DNA from: Macrostomum lignano
Lineage: Eukaryota
Assembly (NCBI GenBank): GCA_002269645.1
Contig: NIVC01005064.1
Span: 1 to 27,395, forward strand
Direction: 5' to 3'
Length of the DNA stretch: 27,395 bases
Shown here: one piece after another, positions 1 to 12,020 of the stretch
Position numbering within the stretch: position 1 is the first letter of the stretch
How the letters are laid out: the number at the start of each line of letters is the position of its first letter
Program-made: the position numbers and the translations under genes
Notes under the pieces: generated by a model
What the model was told of the DNA's origin: nothing
Database searches by the model: none
Seen by the model: the letters and a program-made list of their open reading frames with translations, nothing else

Positions 1-2292
1 GGTTTGAAAATTGTTAGTGTGAGCTAATTAACGCTGTCAGCGCTTTTGTTTCGGTTTGGCTGATTTATTGTCATCATTTTCTCCGTGTGTTTTCTTTTTA
101 TAAATATAACTTTGATGCTAAACAAAACCCGTTTGGTGACTGCTTGTCTCTGATTTTGTCTCGTTCGGCTATTAAATTGCTGAAAAATATTAAACCGAGA
201 AACAATGGTTTGCTTTGGTTTATTTTACACCTGTAGGCGAGATGGATTTACATGAAGCGACTTCAATGATTGCTAATCCGACTGGGTCGCTTATTTTTCG
301 TATATCGATTGTGCATTTAGTAAGCTCTAGCCACGGATACTATAGTTAGCTCAGGGCCAGCACATTTGCGTGTAAGCTACTTTCAGTTCAGTAGTAAGTT
401 AAACCGAAGCATTTTAATGTATTTTAAAGCCAAAGCTCATTTATTGGCTCTTAACCCCCCTTAAACCCCCCTCCAACCGGCCGCCCCGCCCCAATTTTTT
501 TGCCTTTCTCGGAATTCCAGCCCAAAGCTGCCATTTACATTTCAGTGGACTGGCTAATGTACATTATTGCTGAACCAATTAGCAAGTTATTCACGCCAAA
601 GATCATATAAGATCTATGGTTTACGCCTGAAAGCTTGGCTTTTAAACCTGGGCTTTTAGGCCTTTTTTTATCAAATAGCTTATATATTCTTTGCTACTGA
701 ACCGAAAGTAGAAAACTGTTTTACTAAGTATATGTGCCTGTCTGTGTGGCCTATCTGGTCATTTTAGTATCTGTGGCACTAGCTAGACCGAACGCATAGC
801 TCTCTCAATGGGGTCTCGCCCTAGACACATTGTTGTGACCTTAGGATACACACCGGTCCCGCCAACAGCCAGGAAACTCAATCTTTTGTTGCCAAGGCTG
901 CATGCAGTGAGGCGCAGTGCTGATTGGCCGCACAGTGTTGTACTGAATATACTAGCGCTTGTGGGAAAAGTCCGACCTTGTGGCAAAATCGTTGAATATC
1001 TCTCGACAGTCCGGAGGGCTGGCCACTTGATTCTTGTTTGAGAAGGTGCGCAACAAAAAGTTACTCTGTGTTCTGGAATTCCGTGCGCCTGCGTTGCTCC
1101 GTTCCGGCGCAGCAAAAATTTCCAGCAGGGGTGATTCGATTCCCCCTTTGGTAGTTCCACGGGCGGAAAATGGCTTAACATTCCTACTGTTAATTAGCCC
1201 GACCTTTATTATTTCTTCCCTCATCGTCAAACTATTAATCATGAAAATAGCTTTTACATAGAGACACTTCTGATCTTGATGAAGACCGTCAGTCCGCTAC
1301 GCACAGCGTGCAATTAAAGATTGTGCATGCTAATGGCAGTCTATCACTAAACGAATTCACTACGGACTTCGCGACGCATTATCAGCTATATAGTATAGCT
1401 TTACTATGCAAATCAATCCTGATGGATTTCGGTCCAGTATTGGTTTTACGCCGGGAGCCAATTAATCCCCCCCCCCCCGAATCTGATCTGTGCGACCGAA
1501 TCTCTGTACGTGTATCTATAATACTCTCATAGCCCTCCCCCCCCCCAGTATGGGTAAGTGATAGCAAAGTCTGGCTGATAGACAATTTGCATTGCAAAGT
1601 GCTTGCTCTCTCTCAACTCTTATAGTCTTAGCGATGGAGAATCAAGGAGACTGAGAGGACTCGCATAGCTCTGCACTGGTTCCGTGCTCAGCATTGGTGG
1701 CGGTGGCTCTGCAGCCTCCCCCGAGCACACCCAATATCCCCCCGCTAGCTGACTGGCAGAGATTGCTCGTACAATGAGTCGGGGATCAGTACTGTGGCTG
1801 TCAGTTAGCAGAAGTGCCAGTGTCCAAATCGGATAAAGAGCCCCATGAGGTTTGGCTTGCAAATTCCCCTATTTGGGAATTTTCCGAGGGAAAGTCCAGC
1901 CCGAAGTGATCATCTCTCGGAGTAAACTGCTCTCGTGTCGGAAGTAGAGCTTGAGCTGCAACTGATCGACTCGCTAGCAGCTTGTACGCTGCTGTAGAAC
2001 TGCACTTTATATTCGGAATTTTTGGTGCGCTAGGGCGTGAGAGACAGCTAGACTGCCGTAGCTTTGCAGCTCTGCGGGATTCCGTGTCTGCTGTCTAACC
2101 GCCCTCCCTTCCCCTCACATCCCCCTCAGAGTGGCAGAGAAAAATTGCCGATTAACGCCAAAAGATTTGCATCTGTCAGATTTTCTGCCCCAGCCCCTCC
2201 AGTCCAACCCTACCTCCCTCGCCATTCCACACCCGACCAAGGAGGCCGAGAACCAGAAATTGGAGTAAGCAGCTCTTCCACAAACACCTCCC

Positions 2293-2418
2293 CCAGTTTT
2301 CAGACAACTTAACTGTCAAGTCTGACTGGAGTTTTCCAATTTTTAGAGCTTCAGTAAAATGACTTTAGAGTGTAAACTGAGAAACTGCAGCCAGCCCAGA
2401 CACTTGTCTGAAAACTGG
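2293..2418. repeat. 126-bp imperfect palindrome upstream of the receptor gene
   Basis: Perfect 15-bp inverted repeat CCAGTTTTCAGACAA / TTGTCTGAAAACTGG, plus an imperfect inner stem (2322-2342 vs 2374-2394). Confidence 0.75.
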
Positions 2419-2934
2419 TTGGGTAGCTGTTTTGGGGAAAAGCTGCCACTCCGTTCCGGGACCTGTGTCTTTAATACTCCTTGACCCAACCTGCGCCGCT
2501 ACGGGTTCACTCTGAAGTTCTCCCAGCACCGCCAGGGAGGGGAATGCATGGGGAATGAAGGGGAATGGACGAAAAAGGCCAACCACCCCATGCATATAGG
2601 GGTGATGAGGAAATGGAAGACCGCCCTGCCGCCGGATTAAGCAGTAGATATATATAGAGATAGCTAGATATATACTCTGACTATATTCTACACGGCTTCA
2701 TAGGATTCGGTGGGAGACGCAGCGCCTCGGGATTGGTTGGGGCTGGGGGGAGGAGAGAGGGGGAGAGAGGATAAAACGGATCCAAGAGGAGAAGAGGCGG
2801 CAGGCATGGCTGGCATCCCAAACTATAAAATAGTCCTCCCAGCCACCGCAGCGGCAACAGATCATTGCCAATTTCTCCTGTATAGCAACTTTGCCGTCTC
2901 CGATCGATAGCTAAAACTTTTCTAATCCCCTGCG

Positions 2935-2941
2935 TATAAAA
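2935..2941 (+). promoter_or_regulatory. Candidate TATA box (TATAAAA)
   Basis: TATAAAA lies 110 nt upstream of the ATG. Motif match only. Confidence 0.3.
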
Positions 2942-3044
2942 AGTTTTTTCTCTGTGTCCGAGAGAAGCTCAGAAAAGTTTTGCCGCAGGTTGGCCGCCCA
3001 GCAGCACCCGGACGCGCTAGTCTTGCTGAACCACAGCCGGTGGC

Positions 3045-3246
3045 ATGCCTTCGGGCTTGGCCGCCGCTTCACCGCTGCTGCTGCCGCTGCTGCTGCCACT
3101 GCTGCTGCTGCTGCCGCTGCTGCCGCTGCTGAGTCCTGTCCGCGCCCAGACTCAGGCCGACGACAATTCCAATTCAGCCCGTTTGTCAAGCGCTATTCGT
3201 CGGCTAACGCAAAACTATGACAACAGGCTTAGGCCTAACTTTGGCA
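3045..3246 (+). CDS. Lcch3: GABA-A receptor beta-like (LCCH3-type) subunit, exon 1: signal peptide and N-terminal helix
   Basis: The ATG at 3045 is the first in-frame ATG after an in-frame TAG (3018-3020). It encodes a Leu-rich signal peptide followed by ...ISAIRRLTQNYDNRLRPNFG-type sequence (LSSAIRRLTQNYDNRLRPNFG), matching the Cys-loop YDxRLRP motif. Donor A|GTGAGA at 3247, phase 1. Confidence 0.9.
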
Positions 3247-3399
3247 GTGAGAACTCCGTTACTATGATGCTATTGTTACCTGCTCCCGTTCTTTATTGAC
3301 TGACAACCTGCCGAATTCGTCACTTTTGCACATAGCTCTGCTACTCCCTTAATTTTCAAAATGTGCTGCATCACACCCTATTTTATTCCATGTCTACTC

Positions 3400-6300
3400 T
3401 CCATCTCACCCTGTCTATTCCACATCTCACCCTGTCTATTCCACATCTCACCCTGTCTATTCCACATCTCCCCCTGTCTATTCCACATCTCACCCTGTCT
3501 ATTCCACATCTCACCCTGTCTATTCCCCATCTCACCCTATCTATTTCCCATCTCACTCTATCTATTCCCCATCTCCCTCTGTCTCTCCCATCTCCTTCTG
3601 TCTATTCCCCATCTCCCTCTGTCTCTCCCATCTCCCTCTGTCTCTCCCCATCTCCTTCTGTCTATTCCCCATCTCCCTCTGTCTCTCCCATCTCCCTCTG
3701 TCTCTCCCCATCTCCTTCTGTCTATTCCCCATCTCCCTCTGTCTCTCCCATCTCCCTCTGTCTATTCCCCATCTCCCTCTGTCTCTCCCATCTCCCTCTG
3801 TCTATTCCCCATCTCCCTCTGTCTCTCCCATCTCCCTCTGTCTCTCCCCATCTCCCTCTGTCTATTCCCCATCTCCCTCTGTCTCTCCCATCTCCCTCTG
3901 TCTCTCCCATCTCCTTCTGTCTCTCCCATCTCCTTCTGTCTATTCCCCATCTCCCTCTGTCTATTCCCCATCTCCCTCTGTCTATTCCCCATCTCCCTCT
4001 GTCTCTCCCCATCTCCCTCTGTCTATTCCCCATCTCCCTCTGTCTCTCCCATCTCCCTCTGTCTATTCCCCATCTCCCTCTGTCTCTCCCATCTCCCTCT
4101 GTCTCTCCCATCTCCCTCTGTCTATTCCCCATCTCCCTCTGTCTCTCCCATCTCCCTCTGTCTCTCCCATCTCCTTCTGTCTCTCCCATCTCCTTCTGTC
4201 TATTCCCCATCTCCCTCTGTCTCTCCCATCTCCCTCTGTCTCTCCCATCTCCCTCTGTCTATTCCCCATCTCCCTCTGTCTCTCCCATCTCCTTCTGTCT
4301 ATTCCCCATCTCCCTCTGTCTCTCCCATCTCCCTCTGTCTCTCCCCATCTCCTTCTGTCTCTCCCATCTCCCTCTGTCTATTCCCCATCTCCCTCTGTCT
4401 CTCCCATCTTCCTCTGTCTATTCCCCATCTCCCTCTGTCTCTCCCATCTCCCTCTGTCTATTCCCCATCTCCCTCTGTCTCTCCCATCTCCTTCTGTCTA
4501 TTCCCCATCTCCCTCTGTCTATTCCCCATCTCCCTCTGTCTCTCCCATCTCCCTCTGTCTCTCCCATCTCCTTCTGTCTCTCCCATCTCCCTCTGTCTCT
4601 CCCATCTCCCTCTGTCTCTCCCATCTCCCTCTGTCTCTCCCATCTCCCTCTGTCTATTCCCCATCTCCCTCTGTCTCTCCCATCTCCTTCTGTCTATTCC
4701 CCATCTCCCTCTGTCTCTCCCATCTCCCTCTGTCTCTCCCATCTCCCTCTGTCTCTCCCATCTTCCTCTGTCTATTCCCCATCTCCCTCTGTCTCTCCCA
4801 TCTCCTTCTGTCTATTCCCCATCTCCCTCTGTCTCTCCCATCTCCCTCTGTCTCTCCCCATCTCCTTCTGTCTCTCCCATCTCCCTCTGTCTCTCCCATC
4901 TCCCTCTGTCTCTCCCATCTCCCTCTGTCTCTCCCATCTTCCTCTGTCTATTCCCATCTCCCTCTGTCTCTCCCATCTCCCTCTGTCTATTCCCCATCTC
5001 CCTCTGTCTCTCCCCATCTCCTTCTGTCTATTCCCCATCTCCCTCTGTCTCTCCCATCTTCCTCTGTCTATTCCCCATCTCCCTCTGTCTCTCCCATCTC
5101 CCTCTGTCTCTCCCATCTCCCTCTGTCTATTCCCCATCTCCTTCTGTCTCTCCCATCTCCCTCTGTCTATTCCCCATCTCCCTCTGTCTATTCCCCATCT
5201 CCCTCTGTCTCTCCCCATCTCCCTCTGTCTCTCCCATCTCCCTCTGTCTATTCCCCATCTCCCTCTGTCTCTCCCATCTCCCTCTGTCTCTCCTCATCTC
5301 CCTCTGTCTATTCCCCATCTCCCTCTGTCTCTCCCATCTCCCTCTGTCTATTCCCCATCTCCCTCTGTCTCTCCCATCTCCCTCTGTCTCTCCCATCTCC
5401 TTCTGTCTCTCCCATCTCCCTCTGTCTATTCCCCATCTCCCTCTGTCTATTCCCCATCTCCCTCTGTCTCTCCCCATCTCCCTCTGTCTCTCCCATCTCC
5501 CTCTGTCTATTCCCCATCTCCCTCTGTCTCTCCCATCTCCCTCTGTCTCTCCTCATCTCCCTCTGTCTATTCCCCATCTCCCTCTGTCTCTCCCATCTTC
5601 CTCTGTCTATTCCCCATCTCCCTCTGTCTCTCCCATCTCCCTCTGTCTATTCCCCATCTCCCTCTGTCTCTCCCATCTCCCTCTGTCTCTCCCATCTCCT
5701 TCTGTCTCTCCCATCTCCCTCTGTCTCTCCCATCTCCCTCTGTCTATTCCCCATCTCCCTCTGTCTATTCCCCATCTCCTTCTGTCTCTCCCATCTCCTT
5801 CTGTCTCTCCCATCTCCTTCTGTCTATTCCCCATCTCCCTCTGTCTCTCCCATCTCCCTCTGTCTATTCCCCATCTCCCTCTGTCTCTCCCATCTCCCTC
5901 TGTCTCTCCCATCTCCTTCTGTCTCTCCCATCTCCCTCTGTCTCTCCCATCTCCCTCTGTCTCTCCCATCTCCTTCTGTCTATTCCCCATCTCCCTCTGT
6001 CTATTCCCCATCTCCCTCTGTCTCTCCCATCTCCCTCTGTCTCTCCCCATCTCCTTCTGTCTCTCCCATCTCCTTCTGTCTCTCCCATCTCCCTCTGTCT
6101 ATTCCCCATCTCCCTCTGTCTCTCCTCATCTCCTTCTGTCTCTCCCATCTCCCTCTGTCTCTCCCATCTCCTTCTGTCTCTCCCATCTCCCTCTGTCTCT
6201 CCCATCTCCCTCTGTCTATTCCCCATCTCCCTCTGTCTCTCCCATCTCCCTCTGTCTCTCCCATCTCCCTCTGTCTCTCCCATCTCCCTCTGTCTATTCC

Positions 6301-8582
6301 CCATCTCCCTCTGTCTATTCCCCATCTCCCTCTGTCTCTCCCCATCTCCCTCTGTCTATTCCCCATCTCCCTCTGTCTCTCCCATCTCCCTCTGTCTATT
6401 CCCCATCTCCCTCTGTCTCTCCCATCTCCCTCTGTCTATTCCCCATCTCCCTCTGTCTCTCCCATCTCCCTCTGTCTCTCCCATCTCCTTCTGTCTCTCC
6501 CATCTCCCTCTGTCTCTCCCATCTCCCTCTGTCTATTCCCCATCTCCCTCTGTCTCTCCCATCTCCCTCTGTCTCTCCCATCTCCCTCTGTCTCTCCCAT
6601 CTCCCTCTGTCTATTCCCCATCTCCCTCTGTCTCTCCCATCTCCCTCTGTCTCTCCCATCTCCTTCTGTCTATTCCCCATCTCCCTCTGTCTCTCCCATC
6701 TCCTTCTGTCTATTCCCCATCTCCCTCTGTCTCTCCCATCTCCCTCTGTCTCTCCCATCTTCCTCTGTCTATTCCCCATCTCCCTCTGTCTCTCCCATCT
6801 CCCTCTGTCTCTCCCATCTCCTTCTGTCTATTCCCCATCTCCCTCTGTCTCTCCCATCTTCCTCTGTCTATTCCCCATCTCCCTCTGTCTCTCCCATCTC
6901 CCTCTGTCTATTCCCCATCTCCCTCTGTCTCTCCCATCTCCCTCTGTCTATTCCCCATCTCCCTCTGTCTCTCCCATCTTCCTCTGTCTATTCCCCATCT
7001 CCCTCTGTCTCTCCCATCTCCCTCTGTCTATTCCCCATCTCCCTCTGTCTCTCCCATCTCCCTCTGTCTATTCCCCATCTCCCTCTGTCTATTCCCCATC
7101 TCCCTCTGTCTCTCCCATCTCCTTCTGTCTCTCCCATCTCCCTCTGTCTATTCCCCATCTCCCTCTGTCTCTCCCATCTCCTTCTGTCTCTCCCATCTCC
7201 TTCTGTCTCTCCCATCTCCCTCTGTCTATTCCCCATCTCCTTCTGTCTCTCCCATCTCCCTCTGTCTCTCCCATCTCCCTCTGTCTATTCCCCATCTCCC
7301 TCTGTCTATTCCCCATCTCCTTCTGTCTCTCCCATCTCCTTCTGTCTCTCCCATCTCCTTCTGTCTATTCCCCATCTCCCTCTGTCTCTCCCATCTCCCT
7401 CTGTCTATTCCCCATCTCCCTCTGTCTATTCCCCATCTCCCTCTGTCTATTCCCCATCTCCCTCTGTCTCTCCCATCTCCCTCTGTCTATTCCCCATCTC
7501 CCTCTGTCTATTCCCCATCTCCTTCTGTCTATTCCCCATCTCCCTCTGTCTCTCCCATCTCCCTCTGTCTATTCCCCATCTCCTTCTGTCTCTCCCATCT
7601 CCTTCTGTCTATTCCCCATCTCCCTCTGTCTCTCCCATCTCCCTCTGTCTATTCCCCATCTCCCTCTGTCTATTCCCCATCTCCCTCTGTCTATTCCCCA
7701 TCTCCTTCTGTCTATTCCCCATCTCCCTCTGTCTCTCCCATCTCCCTCTGTCTCTCCCATCTCCTTCTGTCTCTCCCATCTCCCTCTGTCTCTCCCATCT
7801 CCCTCTGTCTATTCCCCATCTCCCTCTGTCTCTCCCATCTCCCTCTGTCTCTCCCATCTCCCTCTGTCTCTCCCATCTCCCTCTGTCTATTCCCCATCTC
7901 CCTCTGTCTATTCCCTATCTCCCTCTGTCTCTCCCCATCTCCCTCTGTCTCTCCCATCTCCCTCTGTCTATTCCCCATCTCCCTCTGTCTCTCCCCATCT
8001 CCCTCTGTCTCTCCCCATCTCCCTCTGTCTATTCCCCATCTCCCTCTGTCTCTCCCATCTCCCTCTGTCTCTCCTCATCTCCTTCTGTCTCTCCCATCTC
8101 CCTCTGTCTATTCCCCATCTCCCTCTGTCTCTCCCCATCTCCCTCTGTCTCTCCCCATCTCCCTCTGTCTATTCCCCATCTCCCTCTGTCTCTCCCATCT
8201 CCCTCTGTCTCTCCTCATCTCCTTCTGTCTATTCCCCATCTCACCCTATATATTCCCCATCTCACCCTATATATTCCCCATCTCACCCTATATATTCCCC
8301 ATCTCACCCTATATATTCCCCATCTAACCCTATATATTCCCCATCTCACCCTATCCATTCCCTATCTCATCCTATCTAATCCCCATCTCACCCTATATAT
8401 TCCCCATCTAACCCTATATATTCCCCATCTCACCCTATCCATTCCCTATCTCATCCTATCTAATCCCCATCTCACCCCGTCTATCCCCAATCTCGCCCTG
8501 TCTTTTCCCGTTCTCACCCTGTCTATTCCTCATCTCATCCTGTCTAATCCCCATTTCCCCTGTCTATCCGCTATCTCACCCT
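3400..8582 (+). repeat. ~5.2-kb pyrimidine-rich minisatellite in intron 1 (19/20/21-nt variants, roughly 260 units)
   Basis: Units are TCTATTCCCCATCTCCCTCTG (21), TCTCTCCCCATCTCCCTCTG (20) and TCTCTCCCATCTCCCTCTG (19). Diverged CTCACCCT-type units sit at both edges. Unit count is estimated from length. Confidence 0.98.
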
Positions 8583-9075
8583 GGCTAGACACCTCTAGAT
8601 CGCCAAGCTTAACCTATCTATCCATAGACGTGCTGCAAACAGGAACATATTAAAGCGATCAAGTACGTCTTGGTAACACGAATTTAAAGTTCCTTAAAAG
8701 TACACACTGACCCATAGCCGTCCCTGGGCTGTCCCAGCAGCTAAGGCAGGTTGAACAGCGAGTATCAAAACTAATAGGAAACCGGTCTCTTGGCGGACTT
8801 ACTTCAAGCTGGGAAAGGAAGGAAAGAGAAGAGAGCGGAGTGGACGGGAAGAGATTCTGCTCCACCTTGGCAGCGTCAGTCACAGCCTCGAGCATAATTT
8901 AAAACTGTTGTATGAAGAGAGCCGGAGCTAAAGAGTGGCCACTTCAATCGGCTTGGCTCAAGCTAAAATGCTTGGCTATATTTTTTCCTAGAGGTTTATC
9001 AATGCATCAAATTTATTTCAATCTAATTCTGAGATGTTAGGCTTAAATTTACTAGACTTTAATGGATGAGAAAGA

Positions 9076-9424
9076 GGGAGGAGGGTGAGAATGAGGGAGA
9101 GTGGAAGGGTGAGAAGAAGGGAGAGTGGAAAGGTGAGAATGAGGGAGAGTGGAAGGGTGAGAAGAAGGGAGAGTGGAAGCGTGAGAATGAGGGAGAGTGG
9201 AAGGGTGCGAATGAGGGAGAGTGGAAGGGTGCGAATGAGGGAGAGTGGAAGGGTGAGAAGAGGGGAGAGTGGAAGGGTGCGAATGATGGAGAGTGGAAGG
9301 GTGAGAATGAGGGAGAGTGGAAGGGTGAGAAGGGAGAGTGGAAGGGTGAGAAGAAGGGAGAGTGGAAGGGTGAGAATGAGGGAGAGTGGAAGGGTGCGAA
9401 TGAGGGAGAGTGGAAGGGTGAGAA
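9076..9424 (+). repeat. 24-nt purine-rich tandem repeat (GAGGGAGAGTGGAAGGGTGAGAAT), ~14 copies
   Basis: Directly visible. It gives the EGEWKGEN-type periodic ORFs. Confidence 0.95.
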
Positions 9425-9739
9425 GGCGGGCCGCGGTGACCCTGGACACCGACTGATCCGGTAGGTTATTCGAACCGGTCGAATAGTTAATTGGGCGGTC
9501 AAAGGTAAAAATTAAATAAGTACTTTATAATTACTTTGCACAGTGAGGGCGTCTCCACACGGTCAGTGAAGCAATTATTTAATGGGGTTATTTCGCTCAA
9601 GAACTCTAATTACTGTCTTCGTTTATTGAATTGAGTCTTCAGTCACACTTTCCGAAGTGATTATACCCCAAATCTGTGAGCAGGATTCAATCAATTTCGT
9701 ATTGTATAACATCTAACCTGCCCTGTCTCAGCGACCTAT

Positions 9740-9874
9740 TCTCCTCTCCTTTCTAACCCCCTCTCTTCTCCAGTTTTCCCTCTCTTTTCTGCCCTTTCTC
9801 CTAGTCTCCTTCCTCTATTCTCTCTCTCCTAGTCTCCTTCCCCTCTTCTCTCTCTCTCCTAATCTCCTTCCTCT

Positions 9875-9926
<52 letters not shown>

Positions 9927-10065
9927 TCTATTCTCCTTCCTCTCATCTCTCTCCTAGTCTCCTTCCTCTCTTCTCTCGCCTAGTCTCCTTCCTCTCTTCT
10001 CTCTCCTAGTCTCCTTCCTCCATTTTCTCTTTCCTCCCTCACATTTCCCTCTCCTCCCCTCTTTT
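9740..10065 (+). repeat. CT-rich low-complexity tract with CTCCTAGTCTCCTTCCTCTCTT units and (CT)n
   Basis: Directly visible, immediately upstream of the exon 2 acceptor. Confidence 0.9.
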
Positions 10066-10112
10066 CGGCCCTCTCAAGCAATTAACTTGTTCGCTGCTTC
10101 TCAAATTTTCAG

Positions 10113-10180
10113 CCAAGGTGCTGGACATTGGCATGGAAGTGGTCATAGCAAGTTTCGACAGCATATCGGAGGTTAACATG
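10113..10180 (+). CDS. Lcch3: LCCH3-type subunit, exon 2 (68 nt)
   Basis: Acceptor ttttcAG|cc, donor ATG|GTGAGA. Reads (T)KVLDIGMEVVIASFDSISEVNM, in frame with exon 1. This exon is too short to appear in the ORF track. Confidence 0.93.
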
Positions 10181-10734
10181 GTGAGAAAATGTTGCCGGAA
10201 CTCTTCCGCCAAATCACATTCAGTCCCCGGCGTGCCTCTAGTCGATTTTCTATGGATTTTTTAGGAGAAAAATAGCATTGCACAGATTTAGTCTTTTTCT
10301 CAAAGTCCGCACAAGCGCATGACCCCGTCTTCGCTTGAGGTCATGCCGACAATAAATTGGTGCATAAGAAACCTTCTCAAGGAAAATCGGTTATAAATAA
10401 AATGCAACAGAAAAGTTCAACTGGGTGTTACAGTCAGTTTCTAGCAGAAAAAGGCTGATTGGAATCAGTGCCGGATCTGTAAACTCTAGCAGATTTTTCT
10501 TCCTGCATCGGCACGAAATGTAAATAAGACTACAGGACCGCAATGCACTGCTGGTTAACTGGAAATTATATTGCATTCTGCATATTGTTTTCATTCAGCC
10601 CCTGTCTGTCTTACTGACTGACTTTCAGTCTAGCATTGTCTTCTATCTCCTCTCCTGATCTCCGCTCTTCGTCTTTTGTCTCCATCTGCTTACATTCTTC
10701 TTTCCCATGGTTTCATGTCTTTCTGTCCGGCAGT

Positions 10735-10738
10735 GTCA

Positions 10739-10800
<62 letters not shown>

Positions 10801-10837
10801 GTGTCTGTCTGTGTGTCTGTCTGTCTGTCTGTCTGTG

Positions 10838-10880
<43 letters not shown>

Positions 10881-10881
10881 G

Positions 10882-10932
<51 letters not shown>

Positions 10933-10933
10933 G

Positions 10934-11012
<79 letters not shown>

Positions 11013-11047
11013 GTGTCTGTCTGTGTGTCTGTCTGTCTGTCTGTCTG
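10735..11047 (+). repeat. (CTGT)n tetranucleotide microsatellite with GTGT interruptions
   Basis: About 310 nt of TCTG repeats. Confidence 0.98.
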
Positions 11048-11584
11048 TGACTTTCTATCCCTCCCAATGCCTGTCTGTCAGTGCCTGTCTTTACCACTGT
11101 CTCTCTCAGAGTCTGTCTGTCATGCGGTGCAGTTCGGTAGTCCGGAACCATTTTCCACACCTCATTGCACCGATGTCTCTGTCGGAGTCTGAGTAGGAAT
11201 ATCAGCCCTGGCCGGCGCTACATTGAGCTCAATTTCGAATCTAATGAGTCTCATCTGCGGCCCGCTGCACTTAGCAATTCCGAACTCTGTCTAGAAAAGC
11301 TACAACTCTGTCTGCTGGGTATAGAGATATAGATGCATGTACTTTTTAACTGCTCGGATTTCTTCCAAGTGGAGAGAAAGGAAAGAAGATGCTCATAGCT
11401 AGGCACTGTAGTGCAGAATCCGTTGTTAAAGATGTGTATCGTAAATAATTTTCAAACAATTATGGAACGTAATTATTGTAGAAAATGAATTTCTTATTTA
11501 ATCTATACAATATGTTAGCTCCTAGCTTATCTGACTAAATTTTTTTTAATTTAGTACGTTGGTACTAGTATTGTGAGCATACAC

Positions 11585-11652
11585 AGAATTGAGCCTAGGA
11601 CTCTTGGAACAAGAGTGCGATGTACTCAACCGCTCTGTGGCATCGAGACGGC
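11585..11652 (-). mobile_element. Degenerate tRNA-like (SINE) head
   Basis: The minus strand reads GCCGTCTCGATGCCACAGAGCGGTTGAG...CTCTTGTTCCAAGAG..GGCTCAATTCT. This has an A-box-like segment, an anticodon-like stem and a degenerate B box. Confidence 0.35.
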
Positions 11653-12020
11653 GTGATGAAGCTGCACCGCTATCGCTAGTTATTTGATCGTCTATAGTCT
11701 AAGAGCTTAAGTGAAGGTCCGTCCAAGTCGAGAGACATCAAAGGAGCAGCAACCTTTCTCTCATCTGAAAATTTGATTACATATAAGAGCCTGATTTTCT
11801 ATTAAACCATCCTAACAGACATTGTGACTCACTGTGATTGACGGATTGCCCAAAAAGCTACCGGGGGGGGATGTGTCAAAGCGCTCAATGAATGGGCTGC
11901 TTATGTACCTCTCAAATATTTTAAGCTTTAATAATAAAATCCTGTGATTAATGGTTTAGCGAGAATAATGATTTATGAGTCTGAGTTATTAAGTTGATTG
12001 CCTTTTTTTCAATTTCTCAG

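Noticed and set aside
331-619. Weak inverted similarity (CCACGGATACTATAG vs CCATAGATCTTATATG on the minus strand) suggesting a MITE
   Set aside because: The match is too degenerate and no TSD could be identified.
952-1242. KVGLINSRNV resembles the start of a LINE AP-endonuclease
   Set aside because: No downstream ETW, GGV or GDFN motifs were found in the frames inspected, and the match is too short to support.
2911-3220. Poly-Ala ORFs on both strands (2954..3220 +, 2911..3189 -)
   Set aside because: They are alternative-frame readings of the CTG repeat that encodes the signal peptide.
3361-8379. 1672-aa and 1654-aa ORFs, and the many minus-strand GETEGDGRDR-type ORFs
   Set aside because: These are translations of the intron-1 minisatellite, whose units cannot form TAA/TAG/TGA on the + strand. 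Two overlapping frames are open at once, and the region lies between valid splice sites of the receptor gene.
3400-8582. CRISPR-like array
   Set aside because: The units are head-to-tail with no unique spacers, there are no cas genes, and the context is a eukaryotic intron. The same applies to the 79-nt and 26-nt arrays.
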